DNA of 64,000 nt from Eledone cirrhosa (taxonomy: Eukaryota), in NCBI GenBank assembly GCA_964016885.1, contig OZ024741.1:218054001-218118000 (forward strand). The letters are read 5' to 3'. Numbering within the stretch: the stretch's first letter is position 1; each line of letters starts with the position of its first letter. Shown one piece after another: positions 44,707 through 58,539 of the stretch. Below the pieces are notes generated by a model, which had not been told where the DNA came from, made no database searches, and saw nothing but the letters and a program-made list of their open reading frames with translations. The position numbers were made by a program, and so were the translations under genes.

Positions 44707-44750
44707 ATATATATACATATATATACATATATATACATATATATATACAT

Positions 44751-44859
<109 letters not shown>

Positions 44860-44927
44860 TAGCTTAGAGTTTAGACTCAAAGAGGTCATTTACAATCATT
44901 TCAGCTCTAGGAATCGCTTCTGAGCAG

Positions 44928-45226
44928 TATAAATTAATATTTGATGAACATTTACATGTTTTAGTTGTAATTGACTAATAAGATCGCTAGAGTGAAAAAT
45001 CTTAATTCAACAACATAAGGTCTGCCTGTACGATCTAGAAAATAATAAATCAATACTCACAGACTCATATGGGCAAAAAGCTTTTTGCCCATATGAGTCT
45101 GTGAGTATTGATTTATTATTTTCTAGATCGTACAGGCAGACCTTATGTTGTTGAATTAAGATTTTTCACTCTAGCGATCTTATTAGTCAATTACAACTAA
45201 AACATGTAAATGTTCATCAAATATTA

Positions 45227-45233
<7 letters not shown>
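44928..45233. repeat. Spacerless palindrome with 153-bp arms
   Basis: Centre gggcaaaaag|ctttttgccc at 45080/45081; arms read as reverse complements. Confidence 0.92.
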
Positions 45234-45260
<27 letters not shown>

Positions 45261-45322
45261 AGAGCGTGAAACTAATAAACCTTTGTTTGTACTGCCTCTC
45301 TGTTTTGTTCCCGTTCCTTTTT

Positions 45323-45394
<72 letters not shown>

Positions 45395-45403
45395 TATTGA
45401 AGT

Positions 45404-46042
45404 TTGCGAATCAAAAACAGATGCAGCGATCCCGCGAGTGGTGTGACTCATACCAAGCGATTCCTCGAGGTGCTGGAGACGAACGGGTACCCTACCTCGA
45501 TCACAGGCAGAATAGGAGACACCAGACACAAGAGACAGAGAGGTACCCAAGGCAAGTGCTTCCTTAAAATTCCACATCTGGGCAAGAATACCACCAACGC
45601 TATCCGCAAGGCTATACGGAGGGAGGGCCTCGACATCCACCTGGCCCACTCGGGCCCCTCCCTGCGAAGATGCCTCTCCAAGAAACCCGGGAAATCTACT
45701 GACGCATGCTCCTTCAGAGACTGCCCGATACGCCATGCGAACTGTTGCCTACGCACATACGTCGTGTATAAGATAGAATGTGACAGGTGCAACCAATACT
45801 ACATAGGTAGCACAATCCGACCTTTGCACATCCGGATCAAGGAACACACTAAAACCAGGGCCTCGTCTTTCCGGAAACACATAGACAAATGCGGAAACAA
45901 AGACGGAAGGCCCATTGTCACAATTCTAGCGACTGAAAGAAACGTCGGCACGTTACGTATCAAGGAAACACTTTTTATCAAACGCCTGCAACCGCAAATA
46001 AACAACCGATTAGAGAGAAGCGAAATGAGATGGCTGGTTTAA
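45404..46042 (+). mobile_element. Penelope-like element 3' ORF fragment: RT thumb, Cys linker and GIY-YIG endonuclease (5' truncated)
   Basis: LETNGYP, CSFRDCPI..CC, VVYKIECDRCNQYYIGSTIRPLHIRIKEH, LRIKETLFIKRLQPQIN. Confidence 0.9.
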
Positions 46043-46944
46043 GTTAACAAACGATGTAGCAACACACAACACACGCACACACAAACGAGACAACTACAAA
46101 CACACACACACACAAACGAGACAACTACAAACACACACACACACAGTAGCATTCCACCATACGAACATACTACACTGCCAATACAGAGGAACAAGGCAAC
46201 TACACACGCATACACACACACACTCAAGCGAGACAACAACACACGCACACACACACGCAGTAACATTTAACAAACAGGCAGAGAATGGACTGACAGCTTG
46301 CGCCACCCCACTCCCTCATTCGGCCGCTGACCTCTGCCCAACCGACCCCATTTCACGCGCATGCGCGCTCTGCCGAATACCTCAGATATTCAAAACAACA
46401 AACAGCGGAGGACGCGTTTCACACCTGTCCGACAGACAACGTTTACCCCGGAAAAAACCCCCAGTTGATGGATGTGAATCCGAAATATATAGGAACTATA
46501 AAATCTCTCTTGTGTTGTTATTTTAATTTTATCCTTTATACTCTTCCCTTCTTTCTTCATTTACACATCTACACATCTTTACACACCACGCATCTCAACG
46601 TACACCCACTTACATCTCTCTCCCCACCACCGGATCTTGTTACCCGGAGATTTACCCATTTGCATTGTCGAGGCTTCCAAATGACTTAAAGATATTTATT
46701 TATATATATATATATACACAATGATATTAAATAAATGGAAACTATACTTATAAAACCATATTTATTCTATTATATATATTTCAAAGGTACCAAAACCTCA
46801 TATAAAATCGAAGTGTGTTTTATAAATTTTGACATAACCAAGGAAAATATACCTTAACGGTTCAAGTTTTCCTTGGATAACATTTATATTTGTTGAATTA
46901 CCAACAAATTGAATATCCCTTCTGCTTATATATATATATATATT

Positions 46945-47130
46945 AATTGTTTCTACTTTAGGCACAAGGCCAGCAATTACCCAGTTCATTACTGGTACTT
47001 TATTTTATCGACCCCGTAAGGATGAAAGGCAAAGTTAACCTCGGCGGGATTTGAACTCAGATCGTAAAGGGACGTAACTATGTTGGAAAGCATGGCGTCC
47101 GACCCTCTACCGATACTGCCAATCCACCTA
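46945..47130 (-). mobile_element. tRNA-derived SINE (Nin-like domain)
   Basis: Minus strand gagttcaaatcccgccgaggttaactttgcctttcatccttacggggtcgataaaataaagtaccag. Confidence 0.75.
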
Positions 47131-47306
47131 ATAAAAGGAATTCCAACTTTGGCTGATTTACTCGTTTTATTTACAATCCTTTAAAATATAATGATATTAT
47201 AATGAAATAGTATGGTAGAATATTAAATGTTAAGTGTAAATTGAACAAGTATCATGTTTTCGCAATCTTCAGATTCATATTCTGTGGTGACAGTCAAGTA
47301 TGTATG

Positions 47307-47481
<175 letters not shown>

Positions 47482-47520
47482 ATATATATATATATATGTA
47501 TGTATATATATATATATATT

Positions 47521-47579
<59 letters not shown>

Positions 47580-47677
47580 TTGTGTATATATATATATATA
47601 TATACACAAATATATATACATATATATATATACACACAAATATATATACATATATATATATATATACACACACACAA

Positions 47678-47728
<51 letters not shown>

Positions 47729-47780
47729 CAAATATATATACATATATATATATACAAATATATATATATATATATATATA

Positions 47781-48275
47781 GGTATCAGCCGTACTAAGAG
47801 TGAGAAATGAAATTTCATTTCATTCTTTTCCATTTATCGTTTTCGGTATGCCCGGCCTACTAACTCACTCGATATGCAAATTTGGTTGCTCAGCCGTTAA
47901 TATGCATAAGGAAAGTATATATACTTTCAGACGTTCAATCATCTGCCAGAAAGCTATACGATGCTGACGATAGCTAATAAGCTTGAAACTAGTACATCGT
48001 TCCTGTGTCAGTGTTGAACAAATGAGCAACGATGGTTGCCGAGCACTGTACGGCGTAATTCGGGCTATTTGTTTACAAACAAACAAACCGAGCATTATAA
48101 TAAATGTTCGGTAAACCCATACGTACATATATATATATGTGTGCATGTATGTATATATATACATACTACTGTACGTCTGTATACATATATGTATGTACGT
48201 ATACATATTTATATTTAGGTATCAACCGTACTAAGAGTACTAAGAGTGAGAAATGAAATTTCGTTTCATTCTATT

Positions 48276-48281
<6 letters not shown>
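47781..48281 (+). mobile_element. Retrozyme-like monomer (437 bp) with ~55-bp terminal redundancy
   Basis: ggtatca(g/a)ccgtactaagag..ttccat at 47781 and 48218; central hammerhead; (TA)n flanks. Confidence 0.78.
47958..48000 (+). ncRNA. Minimal type I hammerhead ribozyme
   Basis: acgatg-CTGACGA-t agct aata agct t-GAAAc ta GTA-catcgt. Confidence 0.88.
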
Positions 48282-48348
<67 letters not shown>

Positions 48349-48554
48349 AATACAGAGGAAGCAATCGTCTAATGGCACCCTTCCTATTCATCTCCACTCA
48401 CACCTCAACATGAGTAGACACTCTCTCTAACGTCACCACTTCAAGTGAAACTGGTGTCGTTCGTTACTCTAATGAAATCTGCTTCTGGTCACCTTTACTA
48501 ACTGAATAAGAAACCTTATTGTTTCGTTATTTCTTTCGTTTTGTTTGTTTCCGC

Positions 48555-48634
48555 TTTACTCCTTTCTCTCTCTTCCCTGCTCTCTCACTTGCTCGCGCCC
48601 TCTCTCTCACTTGCACTCTCTCTCTCTCTCACTT

Positions 48635-48727
<93 letters not shown>

Positions 48728-49263
48728 TGCTCTCTCTCTTTCTTGCTCTTTTTCTTCCTCTACCCCTCTCTGTCTCTCTACCTCTTACTCTCTCTCGCTC
48801 TCTAGCCTTCTCTATTTCGTTGTTTCTCTCTATCTCTCTCCCACTTGCTCTCTCTCTCTCTCTCTCTCTTTCACTTGCTCTCTCTACCTCTTACTCTCTC
48901 TCGCTCTTTAGCCCTCTCTATTTCATTGTTTTCCCCTCTCTCTTTTTCACTTGCTTTCTCTCTCTTGCTCTTTTTCTTCCTCTGCCTCTCTCTCTCTTTA
49001 CCTCTTATTCTCTCTTGCTCTCTAGCCCTCTCTATTTCGTTGTTTCTCTCTCTCTCCTTCTTCAACTCTTTCCCCTCTCTCTCTTTCTCCCTCTTCGTCT
49101 CTCTCAACCCCTCTCTCTCTTCCTCTCTCTTCCTCTCTCTTACTTTCTCCCTTTTCCTCTCTCCCCCTCTTTCTCTTTTTCCCTCTTCACCTCTCTCCTC
49201 TTTCTCTTTCTTTCCCCCTCTCTCTCCCCCCTCTCTCTTTCTCCCTCTTCATCTCTCCACACA

Positions 49264-49295
<32 letters not shown>

Positions 49296-49530
49296 TCATC
49301 TATCACACCCCCTCTCTCTCTTTCTCCCTCTTTATCTCTCCCCTCTCTCTCTTTCTCCCTCTTCATCTCTCTCCCCCTCTCTCTTTCTTCCTCTTCATCT
49401 CTTCCCCCTCCCTCTTTCTTTCTCTTCATCTCTTCCCTCTCTCTCTCTTTCTCCCTCTTCATCTCTTTACTCCTCTCTCTTTCTCCCTCTTCATCTCTCT
49501 ACCCCCTCTCTCTCTTTCCCTTTCCAGCTT
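48555..49530. repeat. (CT)n-rich polypyrimidine tract
   Basis: Composition. Confidence 0.9.
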
Positions 49531-50026
49531 CACTAATTCTATCGTCGTTTCTTTCCATTTCTTTTCTCCCACTTTTCCTTTCTTACTGTCGTTTTTTTTT
49601 TGTCATATTCCATTTTCATTGTTTTTAAATTAATTTTAACATTTTTTTTTGTGCGTGATTTTATTCGTTTCGTCTTTGCCACTTCAACTTTTACAACTTT
49701 ATAACTTGATTATTACAAAAACCATTTCGTGAGAGTAATCTTCCTTCAGTAGACGATACTCTTCAACAAATCTTCCTGCTTCCATTGAAGCAGACGATAG
49801 CTACCGTACAAACGTCTGTTAAATCTGTTGCCTGACTTTTCCTTGAAGTGGATTGAATCATATCAAGGAAATTAACAAGAAATCTGTTAAAATTTATTAT
49901 TTTAGCCGGTAATATTGAATTAAAGAAAAAAAACAACAACACTGGTTTATTAAAATTTGTTAACAATTCTTTACTTCAGCCTATTTCCTCCATGTTTCTC
50001 AGTGATGCAGTAGTGTGTGTGTGTGT

Positions 50027-50075
<49 letters not shown>

Positions 50076-50358
50076 TGTGTGTATGTATGTATGTGTGTAT
50101 GTGCGTATGTATGTATATGAGAATGAGAGAGAGTGTGTGTGTCTGTGTGTAAATGAGAGAAAGAGAAAGAGAGAGAGAGACAGACAGAGGGAGAGATAGG
50201 GTGTGTATGTATGTATATGTGTATGTATGTATATGTGTGTGTGTATGTGCGTATGTGTGTATATGAGAATGAGAGAGAGTGTGTGTGTGTCTGTGTGTAA
50301 ATGAGAGAAAGAGAGAGAGGAAGAGAGAAACAAAGAGAGAGAGAGAGAGAAAAAGAGG

Positions 50359-50452
<94 letters not shown>

Positions 50453-50499
50453 TGTATTGAAAACACGACTGTGTTCTAACCCTCAGTGGATCAAATGCT

Positions 50500-51395
50500 G
50501 TAAACCAGCGGTGAGATCTTCAACGGAGAAACAATGGCTCAAGAACTATAAATCATCAACGGTGAAACAATGGCTCAAGGACTGTAAATCAACGGTGAAT
50601 CAATGAATGGCCCAAGAACTGTAAATCAACGCTGAAACAATGACTCAAGGACTGTAAACCAACGGTGAATCAATGAATGGTTCAAGAACTGTAAATCAAC
50701 GGTGGTGAAACAATGACTCAAGGACTGTAAACCAACGGTGAATCAATGAATGGTTCAAGAACTGTAAATCAACGGTGGTGAAACAATGGCTCAAGGACTG
50801 TAAATCAACGGTAAAACAATGGCTCAAGAACTCTAAATCAACGGTGAAACAACGGCTCAAGAACTCTAAATCAACGGTGAAACAATGGCTCAAGAACTAT
50901 AAATCAACGGTGAAACAATGGCTCAAGAACTGTAAGTCAACAGTGAAACCATGAATGGCTCATTGACTGTAAATCAACGGTGAAACAATGGCTCATTAAC
51001 TATAAATCAACAGTGAAATCATGAATGGCTCATTGATTGTAAACCAAAGGCGAAACAATCACTGGCTCAAAGATTATAAAGAAACGATGAGACCATGAAT
51101 GACTCATTGACTGTTAATCGGTGTAACAATCAGTGCCCCAAAGGCTGTAATCCAACGGTGAGACCCTGAGTGGCTCAAGAACTAGCGGTGAAACAATCAA
51201 TGGTTCAAGGACTGTAAATCAATGGTGAAACCATGAATGGCTCATTGACTGTAAAGCAATGGTGACACAATCAGTGGCTCAAAGGCGGTAAACCAACGGT
51301 GAGGCCATGAATTATTCAAGGACTGTAAACCAACAATGAGACCATGAATGACCCAAGGAATTTAAACCATAGCTGAAGTAATCAATGGCTCATGA
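50500..51395. repeat. Degenerate ~33-37-bp tandem repeat (tgtaaatcaacggtgaaacaatggctcaagaac)
   Basis: More than 20 copies, decaying toward the right. Confidence 0.88.
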
Positions 51396-51524
51396 ACCAG
51401 AACTAAAGCTCAAGACTGTATTCCACAGTGTCAGGGAAATTGTTAATTGTGGAAATTCTCTTCATTGTCTTACCATAAACATCACCACAGCCCTATTGTT
51501 TGTTACCTTTAAGTCGTTATTGGT

Positions 51525-52385
51525 TTATCTCTCTCACCTCCCTCTCTCTACCTCTCTTGCTCTCTTGCTCTCTCTCTCTCTCACTTTCTTGATCTCTCTC
51601 CCTCCCTCTCTCTCACCCCTCTCTCTCTACCCTCTATCTCTCCCTCGAAGTGAATATCATGAAGGAGAGAGAGGGAGTGATAGGGAGAGAGCAAGGAGAG
51701 GTAGGACAAGAGAGAGAAAGGGAGAGAGAGATACAGAGTGAGGGAGAGAGAGAGGGAGAGAGAGGGAGAAAGAGGGAGAAAGAGAGAGAGAGAGGGGTAG
51801 AGATAGGGAGAGATAGAGCAAGAGAGAGGGAGAGATACAGAGTGGGGGAGAGAGGGATAGAGAGGAGGAGAGAGAGGGAGAGTGAGGTAGAAAGAGGAGA
51901 GAGAGAGGGGGAGAGATGAGGAGAGAGAGGGAGGGATAGGGAGAGATAGAGCAAGAAAGGGAGAGAGATACAGAGTGGGACAGAGAGAGGGCAAGAGAGG
52001 GAGAGAGAGGAGAGAGAGAGGGAGAGTGAGGGAGATAGAGCAAGAAGAGAGAGAGAGAGAGAGATACAGAGTGGGACAGAGAGAGGGAGACAGAAGGAGA
52101 GAGAGGATTAGAGAGAGGGAGATATACAGAGTGGGAGAGAGAGGGGAGAGAGAGGGAGAGATAGAACAAGAGGGAGGTATAGAGAGTGAGAGAGACGGGG
52201 GGCAGAGAGGGAGAGAGAAAAGCGAGGGAGAGTGAGGGAGAAAGAGGGAGAAAATAGGAGACAGAGAGGGAGAGGGAGAGCAAGAGAGAGAGAGGGGTAG
52301 GTATACAGAGTGGGAGAGAGAGGAGGAGAGAGAGGGAGAGTTAGGGAGAGATAGAGCAAGAGAGGTAGAGGTACAGAGCGTGAGA
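51525..52385. repeat. CT-rich then GA-rich low-complexity tract
   Basis: Composition. Confidence 0.85.
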
Positions 52386-52582
52386 GTGTGATATTTGACT
52401 GTGTGGGTGACTGTTAAATTTCCCTCGCCTAGTTATTTTTTAATTACGTTTATTGTTATGGCGGCATAGAATGACGTGAGGTTTGTTACATATAATAACC
52501 TCTGGTGGTATCTCCATTAGCAGATGGCTGAACATGTTATACATATAGACAAGTCATTTACATCTGTCTATATATATATTTA

Positions 52583-52672
<90 letters not shown>

Positions 52673-52721
52673 GATGTAAATGACTTGTCTATGTAAGTAT
52701 GTATGTATATATGTAAGTATG

Positions 52722-52794
<73 letters not shown>

Positions 52795-52938
52795 TATATA
52801 TATATATATAGAATATATATATATATACACACATACACATGTATATTTAGGCATACAATAAATATGCAAATATATATGTATGTGTATGTATATATATATA
52901 TATTTATATATGCATATATATATATACACACACATATG

Positions 52939-53012
<74 letters not shown>

Positions 53013-53162
53013 CATATACATATATATATGTACATATATATGTGTGTATATATATATGTGTGTATATATATACATGTATACATATATATACACACATATA
53101 TATACATACATATATATATATATATATACATATATACATACATATATATATATACACATATA

Positions 53163-53278
<116 letters not shown>

Positions 53279-53279
53279 A

Positions 53280-53390
<111 letters not shown>

Positions 53391-53542
53391 CATATATATA
53401 TATACATACTATTGTGAATATGGTAACTGATACAAGATCAATATCTAATTTAGTTTCCGTGTCTCTAATATTTCTATCATGAAACAAAGTTGATGTCTAT
53501 CTAATATTTCTGACCGGAACATGGATACAATACAGACAGTCA

Positions 53543-53975
53543 CACCACCACCACCACCACCACCACCAGCCCCTCTACAATGGCCATCACTCCTCCCCCA
53601 CCACCAACACCATTATCATAACCATCACCACTACAGACATCACAACTGTCCCCACCAACACCACAATAACCACGACCATCACCACCGCCATTACCACCGC
53701 CGTCGTCACCACCACCCACACCACCACTACTACTGTCACCACCACCACCACGAGCAACACCACCATCACCACCACTAACACCACCACCACCACCACCACC
53801 ACCACTACTGTCACCAACACCATCACCAGCACCACTGTCCCCACCGCCACCACAACCACAACTTTCACCACCACCACCACCACCACTACTGTCACGACCA
53901 CCACCACCACCACCACTAACACCACCACCAATACTGTCGCTACCACCACCGCAACTACAACCAAGACAACCGCCA
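53543..53975. repeat. Cryptic (ACC)n tract
   Basis: Composition. Confidence 0.85.
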
Positions 53976-54184
53976 AATCAAAGAAGCATTTAAACATAGT
54001 TTATCTAATGCCAACATCCACTGGGGAAATAGAAGCTTACACAGCTAGACATTGAGATTTTCAAGTATCTCAGTGACAAATGACTTTCTATTTGATATTT
54101 ACTATTCTTTAAGTGTTGAGTTGATATAGACGGGTGTATCCGGATCTATTTCTAGCGTCACTATGAAAAAGTCATATTGCCCTG

Positions 54185-54485
54185 ATATAAAGACCCCTTC
54201 GATCATGAGTGACCATGGGATTCGCACCTAGAAATTTGCCCTCCGTGGCACAAGTTCGGGCAAGGTTGTTTGTGGAAGACCAGCAGTCACCCATGCATAC
54301 CAGTCTCCTCTCTCCATGCCACCGATGATGTCCAAGGGAAAGGCAAAGTCTGATACAGCTTGGTACCAGTAACCTCGCAACCCATTTCTACAGCTGAGTA
54401 AACTGGAGCAATTTGAAATAAAGTGTCTTGCTCAAGGACACAACACACAACCCGGTCCGGGAATCGAACTTATAACTTCACGATA
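54185..54485 (-). mobile_element. tRNA-derived SINE
   Basis: Minus strand B-box agttcgattccc, then gtgtccttgagcaagacactttatttc body. Confidence 0.75.
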
Positions 54486-54587
54486 TTCACATATTCATTT
54501 AGTGGTTGAACGACGCATGCGTAATTAACACCATGCTGTTTCTAGAAGGACAACGTTCGTATACTCACTATTAACAGTCGGCGACAC

Positions 54588-55728
54588 CATTGAGGCCTGT
54601 TTTGTGTTTTACTCAGTCAGTTTACTGCTGGTTTAAACCCATTATATCATTGAATAGTGCTCGTTGGCATCTTTCCTTTATACCATTAATTATTTTTCTC
54701 CCCACTTCAGATCAAAAGTTATGGAAAGAAATGAAGAAAAAGGACCAAGTTGAAGATCGTGTTTTGGAGCTGAGAAGAAACAAAAGTCAGGGAAAAAGAA
54801 GAAGCATAAGGTTGTGGATAAACCATTTCTCGAATCTGTGGAGAGTTTCGTGAAAAAAGAATCAACCTAGGAGGCTTACCAAGGAGGAGAAGCAGGATAT
54901 TTTCTCTGTACAAGCCAAATTTCGTCATGAGCATGTCCTGCTATAGAGTAATAAAGGAGTTGGTTGAATGAAGAAGAATACAGATGCCAGGAACCGTTCG
55001 GCGAACGTCCTTGGTCGAAGCAATAAGCTCTGGACCAAATTTGTTGAGACTGGAGAAATTTCGGAGCAGAAGATGATTGGAAATCAAAATCCAATGGCTT
55101 CGGTAGTTCCTGATCTTCATCTTGTGACTTCCGTAATCCAGAAATTTGTCAGAGATCGTCGGGCGACTCACCCTAGGACTGTTGCTCGGGATGTGATGGA
55201 CTGCTGTATCAAAAATGGTTCCATTGCTGTTGACCGTGATCAACCAAAGCAAGTCCAAGCAGTTCTGTGATCTGTTCAAAGATTCCTTAAGCGAAAACGT
55301 ATGTGCCATTGTCAAGGGAAAAGTGGGAATACAGTACACCACAAACACCACCTCCGAGCATGTTCTGACATGACTGTATGTATCATTTCAGAATGTTGAG
55401 GGCAAAACTGTCCAAGGATGCATTAACAAGGTTAATTCTTCTCTGAACAAGCTTTACAAGCATATTAGAGCCATTGAAGACGATGAAGAGTCCGAAGATG
55501 AAGTCAGTGATGGTGAAAGTGATACTTTAGGCAGTAGTGATGAAGATAACTTCAATAAATGATAAAATACTCTACTGATGACCTTGGTTTCTTTTATTTT
55601 CTCTAAAAATAGAAAAAACGTTCATAACTTTTGAACCAGGATTGCAAAACTAGCAAACTATACTTTATTTAACTCGTCAAAGCTATATCTCCCAATAACA
55701 TCAAAGCATTGTGTTAACGGCCTCAATG
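54588..55728 (+). mobile_element. Internally deleted DNA transposon, probably IS630/Tc1-like
   Basis: 10-bp TIR cattgaggcc/ggcctcaatg; N-terminal remnant FVRDRR..RTVARDVM..SVQRFLKR; acidic C-terminus TVQGCINK..EDDEESEDE ending at 55562; family assignment is from recall. Confidence 0.5.
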
Positions 55729-55920
55729 ATGTAAATATTTTTCTACTTCAAAAGAATTTCTCTGATAAAGGAAAATCTTCCAATATTGGTTGTCTTAATT
55801 TATTCGGATAATTTTGTTTCTTAATTCCAGAAAGTGTAGTTTGGGAGACGATACGAGCGAAATATTCAAATATTAGCTTTCCTAGCTTGTATTCCCCCAA
55901 TGCATGTTTTGGCATTAGAT

Positions 55921-56065
<145 letters not shown>

Positions 56066-56117
56066 AAATCGGGGGTAACCACAGCGAATAAGGGACTCAA
56101 TGCGTTAGTAGAGTGAA

Positions 56118-56468
56118 AACAATTATATATATATAAACATAAGTATGTATACGTACATACATAAATGTATACAGACGTACAGTAGTATGTATATATATAC
56201 ATACATGCACACATATATATATGTATGTATGGATTTACCGAGCATTTATTATAATGCTCGGTTTGTTTGTAAACAAACATCCCGAATTAAGCCGCACAGT
56301 GTTTAGCTGCCCTTTGTTCAACACTGACAAAGGAACGATGTACTAGTTTCAAGCTTATTAGCTATCGTCAGCACCGTATACCTTCCTGCCAGATGATTGA
56401 ACGTCTGAAAGTATACACTCTCCCCGTGCATATCAACGGTTGAGCAGCCTAATTTGCATATCGAGTGT
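56118..56468 (-). mobile_element. Second copy of the 437-bp retrozyme-like family (partial)
   Basis: Reverse-complement similarity to 47865-48215. Confidence 0.8.
56335..56377 (-). ncRNA. Minimal type I hammerhead ribozyme
   Basis: acggtg-CTGACGA-tagctaataagctt-GAAActaGTA-catcgt; an A>G change gives a G.U pair in stem I. Confidence 0.87.
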
Positions 56469-57737
56469 TGAACAAAAGGGCAACGATAATAATCATATTA
56501 TTACGTTACTATTACTAATAGAAATAGCTCACAAAGAAAAGATTTGATATGTGCATGCTTGTTTGTCTGTTTTGGGTATTGTAACTGTGTAGCGGCGCCG
56601 GATTTACCATTGTGCTTAGGTTTGTAAGCACAGAACCCCGTTGGCCAGGAAGGTGTGTGTGTTTGTCCTGCCAAAAATCTTTTTTACCTCCTTCAGGGTC
56701 CAAGTAAGGAGCTTCATAACTTAACTAGCGCAGGGCCTCATTTGTCCTAAATCCGCCACAGCTGTGTAGTATATTAATTTATATTTAAGAGTAAGGGGTA
56801 TGTGCCTGTAGGAATGGTGTAGTAGACGACGTGTGTGATGCTATGGGGGTGAAGTAGTTATGTAGAAAGTATAGGCTTCAATGGCAATGTGGTTGATGAT
56901 CTGGTGAAGGGACATTTTGTGAGTTTTCCTAATTTGAAAGCAGTAGGCTTTTTAGGTGTAAAGATCCTTTAAACAAGTAGTCATAACTGGATTTAGAAAC
57001 CTGCGGTAGCGCTTTACTTGTCCTGACAGCGTTGTACAACATTGTTTCCGTATTTAGGGTTTATATACCCAACTAATTCTTTAGAACGTCAGATAGAATA
57101 CTTTATGACATTCGTTCCTGCTCTCTGTTCTCGGAGTTCAAATCCCGCTGAGGTCAACTTTGCTGTTCATCCTCTCGAGGTCGATAAAAAGAAGTACCAG
57201 TCTAGTACTGGGTCGATTCTTTCTCTATATCTCTTTCTCACTTTCTCTCTCTCACTTTCTATCTTTCTCTGAAAGAAATCTGTTGTACTCAGGCCTGGTG
57301 AGGGATGGGTTCCGCCAGGATTAAAATGCCCAAAGAAAAGCCGTATATCAATACGGCGCTCCTTCGACTCTATCAGGAGTTACGGGACCATACATACATT
57401 TATTTTCTACGAAATTGGGGACCCACAACTTAATTAAGTAAAGTTGGGATATGTACCAGTAATAAACTGGGGGATGATTGAAGCAGTTGATAAGATTCGA
57501 AATCGTACAGATTCTCCAATACAACAGTTTATTTTTTAAAAAATATCGTCTCTCGAACACTCCATAGTTTTTATTCTACGAGGTTTTTATTCTACGAGGC
57601 TGCAGAGTAGGGTCGCTTACAAGAAAGAAAAAAAAAGTTATTTTCGCCGCGGTAGACGGATGCGAACTTGCAGCGGTATATTTTATATTGCGGTTTATTT
57701 CCTTCGACTCTGTCAGGAGTTATGGGACCATACCATA

Positions 57738-58082
57738 ACCTCGGCGGGATTTGAACTCAGAATGGCAAGGGCCGTAACTCTATGCGTCAACTTTGCCTTT
57801 CATCCTTACGGGGTCGATAAAATAAAGTACCAGTAATGAACTGGGTAATTGCTGGCCTTGTGCCAAAAGTAGAAACAATTATTTGTTTTGGATTGGCAGT
57901 ATCGGTAGAGGGTCGGACGCCATGCTTCATAAAAAAGAGTTGCGGCCCTTTATGGTCCGAGTTCAAATCCCACCGAGGTTAACTTTGCCTTTCATCCTTA
58001 CGAGGTCGATAAAATAAAGTACCAGTCATACACTGGGATAATTGCTGCCCTCGTGCCAAAAGTAGAAATAATTATTTGTTTC
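57738..58082. mobile_element. Cluster of Nin-like SINE fragments (one -, two +)
   Basis: actttgcctttcatccttacg..gtcgataaaataaagtaccag occurs twice. Confidence 0.7.
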
Positions 58083-58211
58083 GGTCAGAAGGTTCTAAAG
58101 AAGGTTGAGGTTTCTTTCAAAATCTCAAATAAATAAACGATATATCAGCCCTCTTACACTAGCTCCAGCACTCTTTTCCTTTTCCCTTTTTTTCCTATCC
58201 ACAGATATTTT

Positions 58212-58276
<65 letters not shown>

Positions 58277-58425
58277 CACACGGTCGCATACAAACACGCT
58301 CGCACACACGCACACACACAAACACACACGCGCGCACACACACACAGACAGACGTACAACGTGCGCACACACACACACAGGAATACACACACATACATAT
58401 ATATTGAGGACACACACACGCTCGC

Positions 58426-58457
<32 letters not shown>

Positions 58458-58539
58458 AGGCGCGCACACACATAGACAGACGCACAACGCGTGCGCGCAC
58501 GCACACACATATATATATATATAGAGAGAGAGAGGGGTA

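Noticed and set aside
44885-44927. Hammerhead on the minus strand (gctc..gagc-t-gaaa..gta)
   Set aside because: No CUGANGA or matching stem I found upstream
56590-57735. MITE-like ends (ggattta/taaatcc) and a 32-bp direct repeat at ~57360/57701
   Set aside because: Too short and degenerate to define an element from this window
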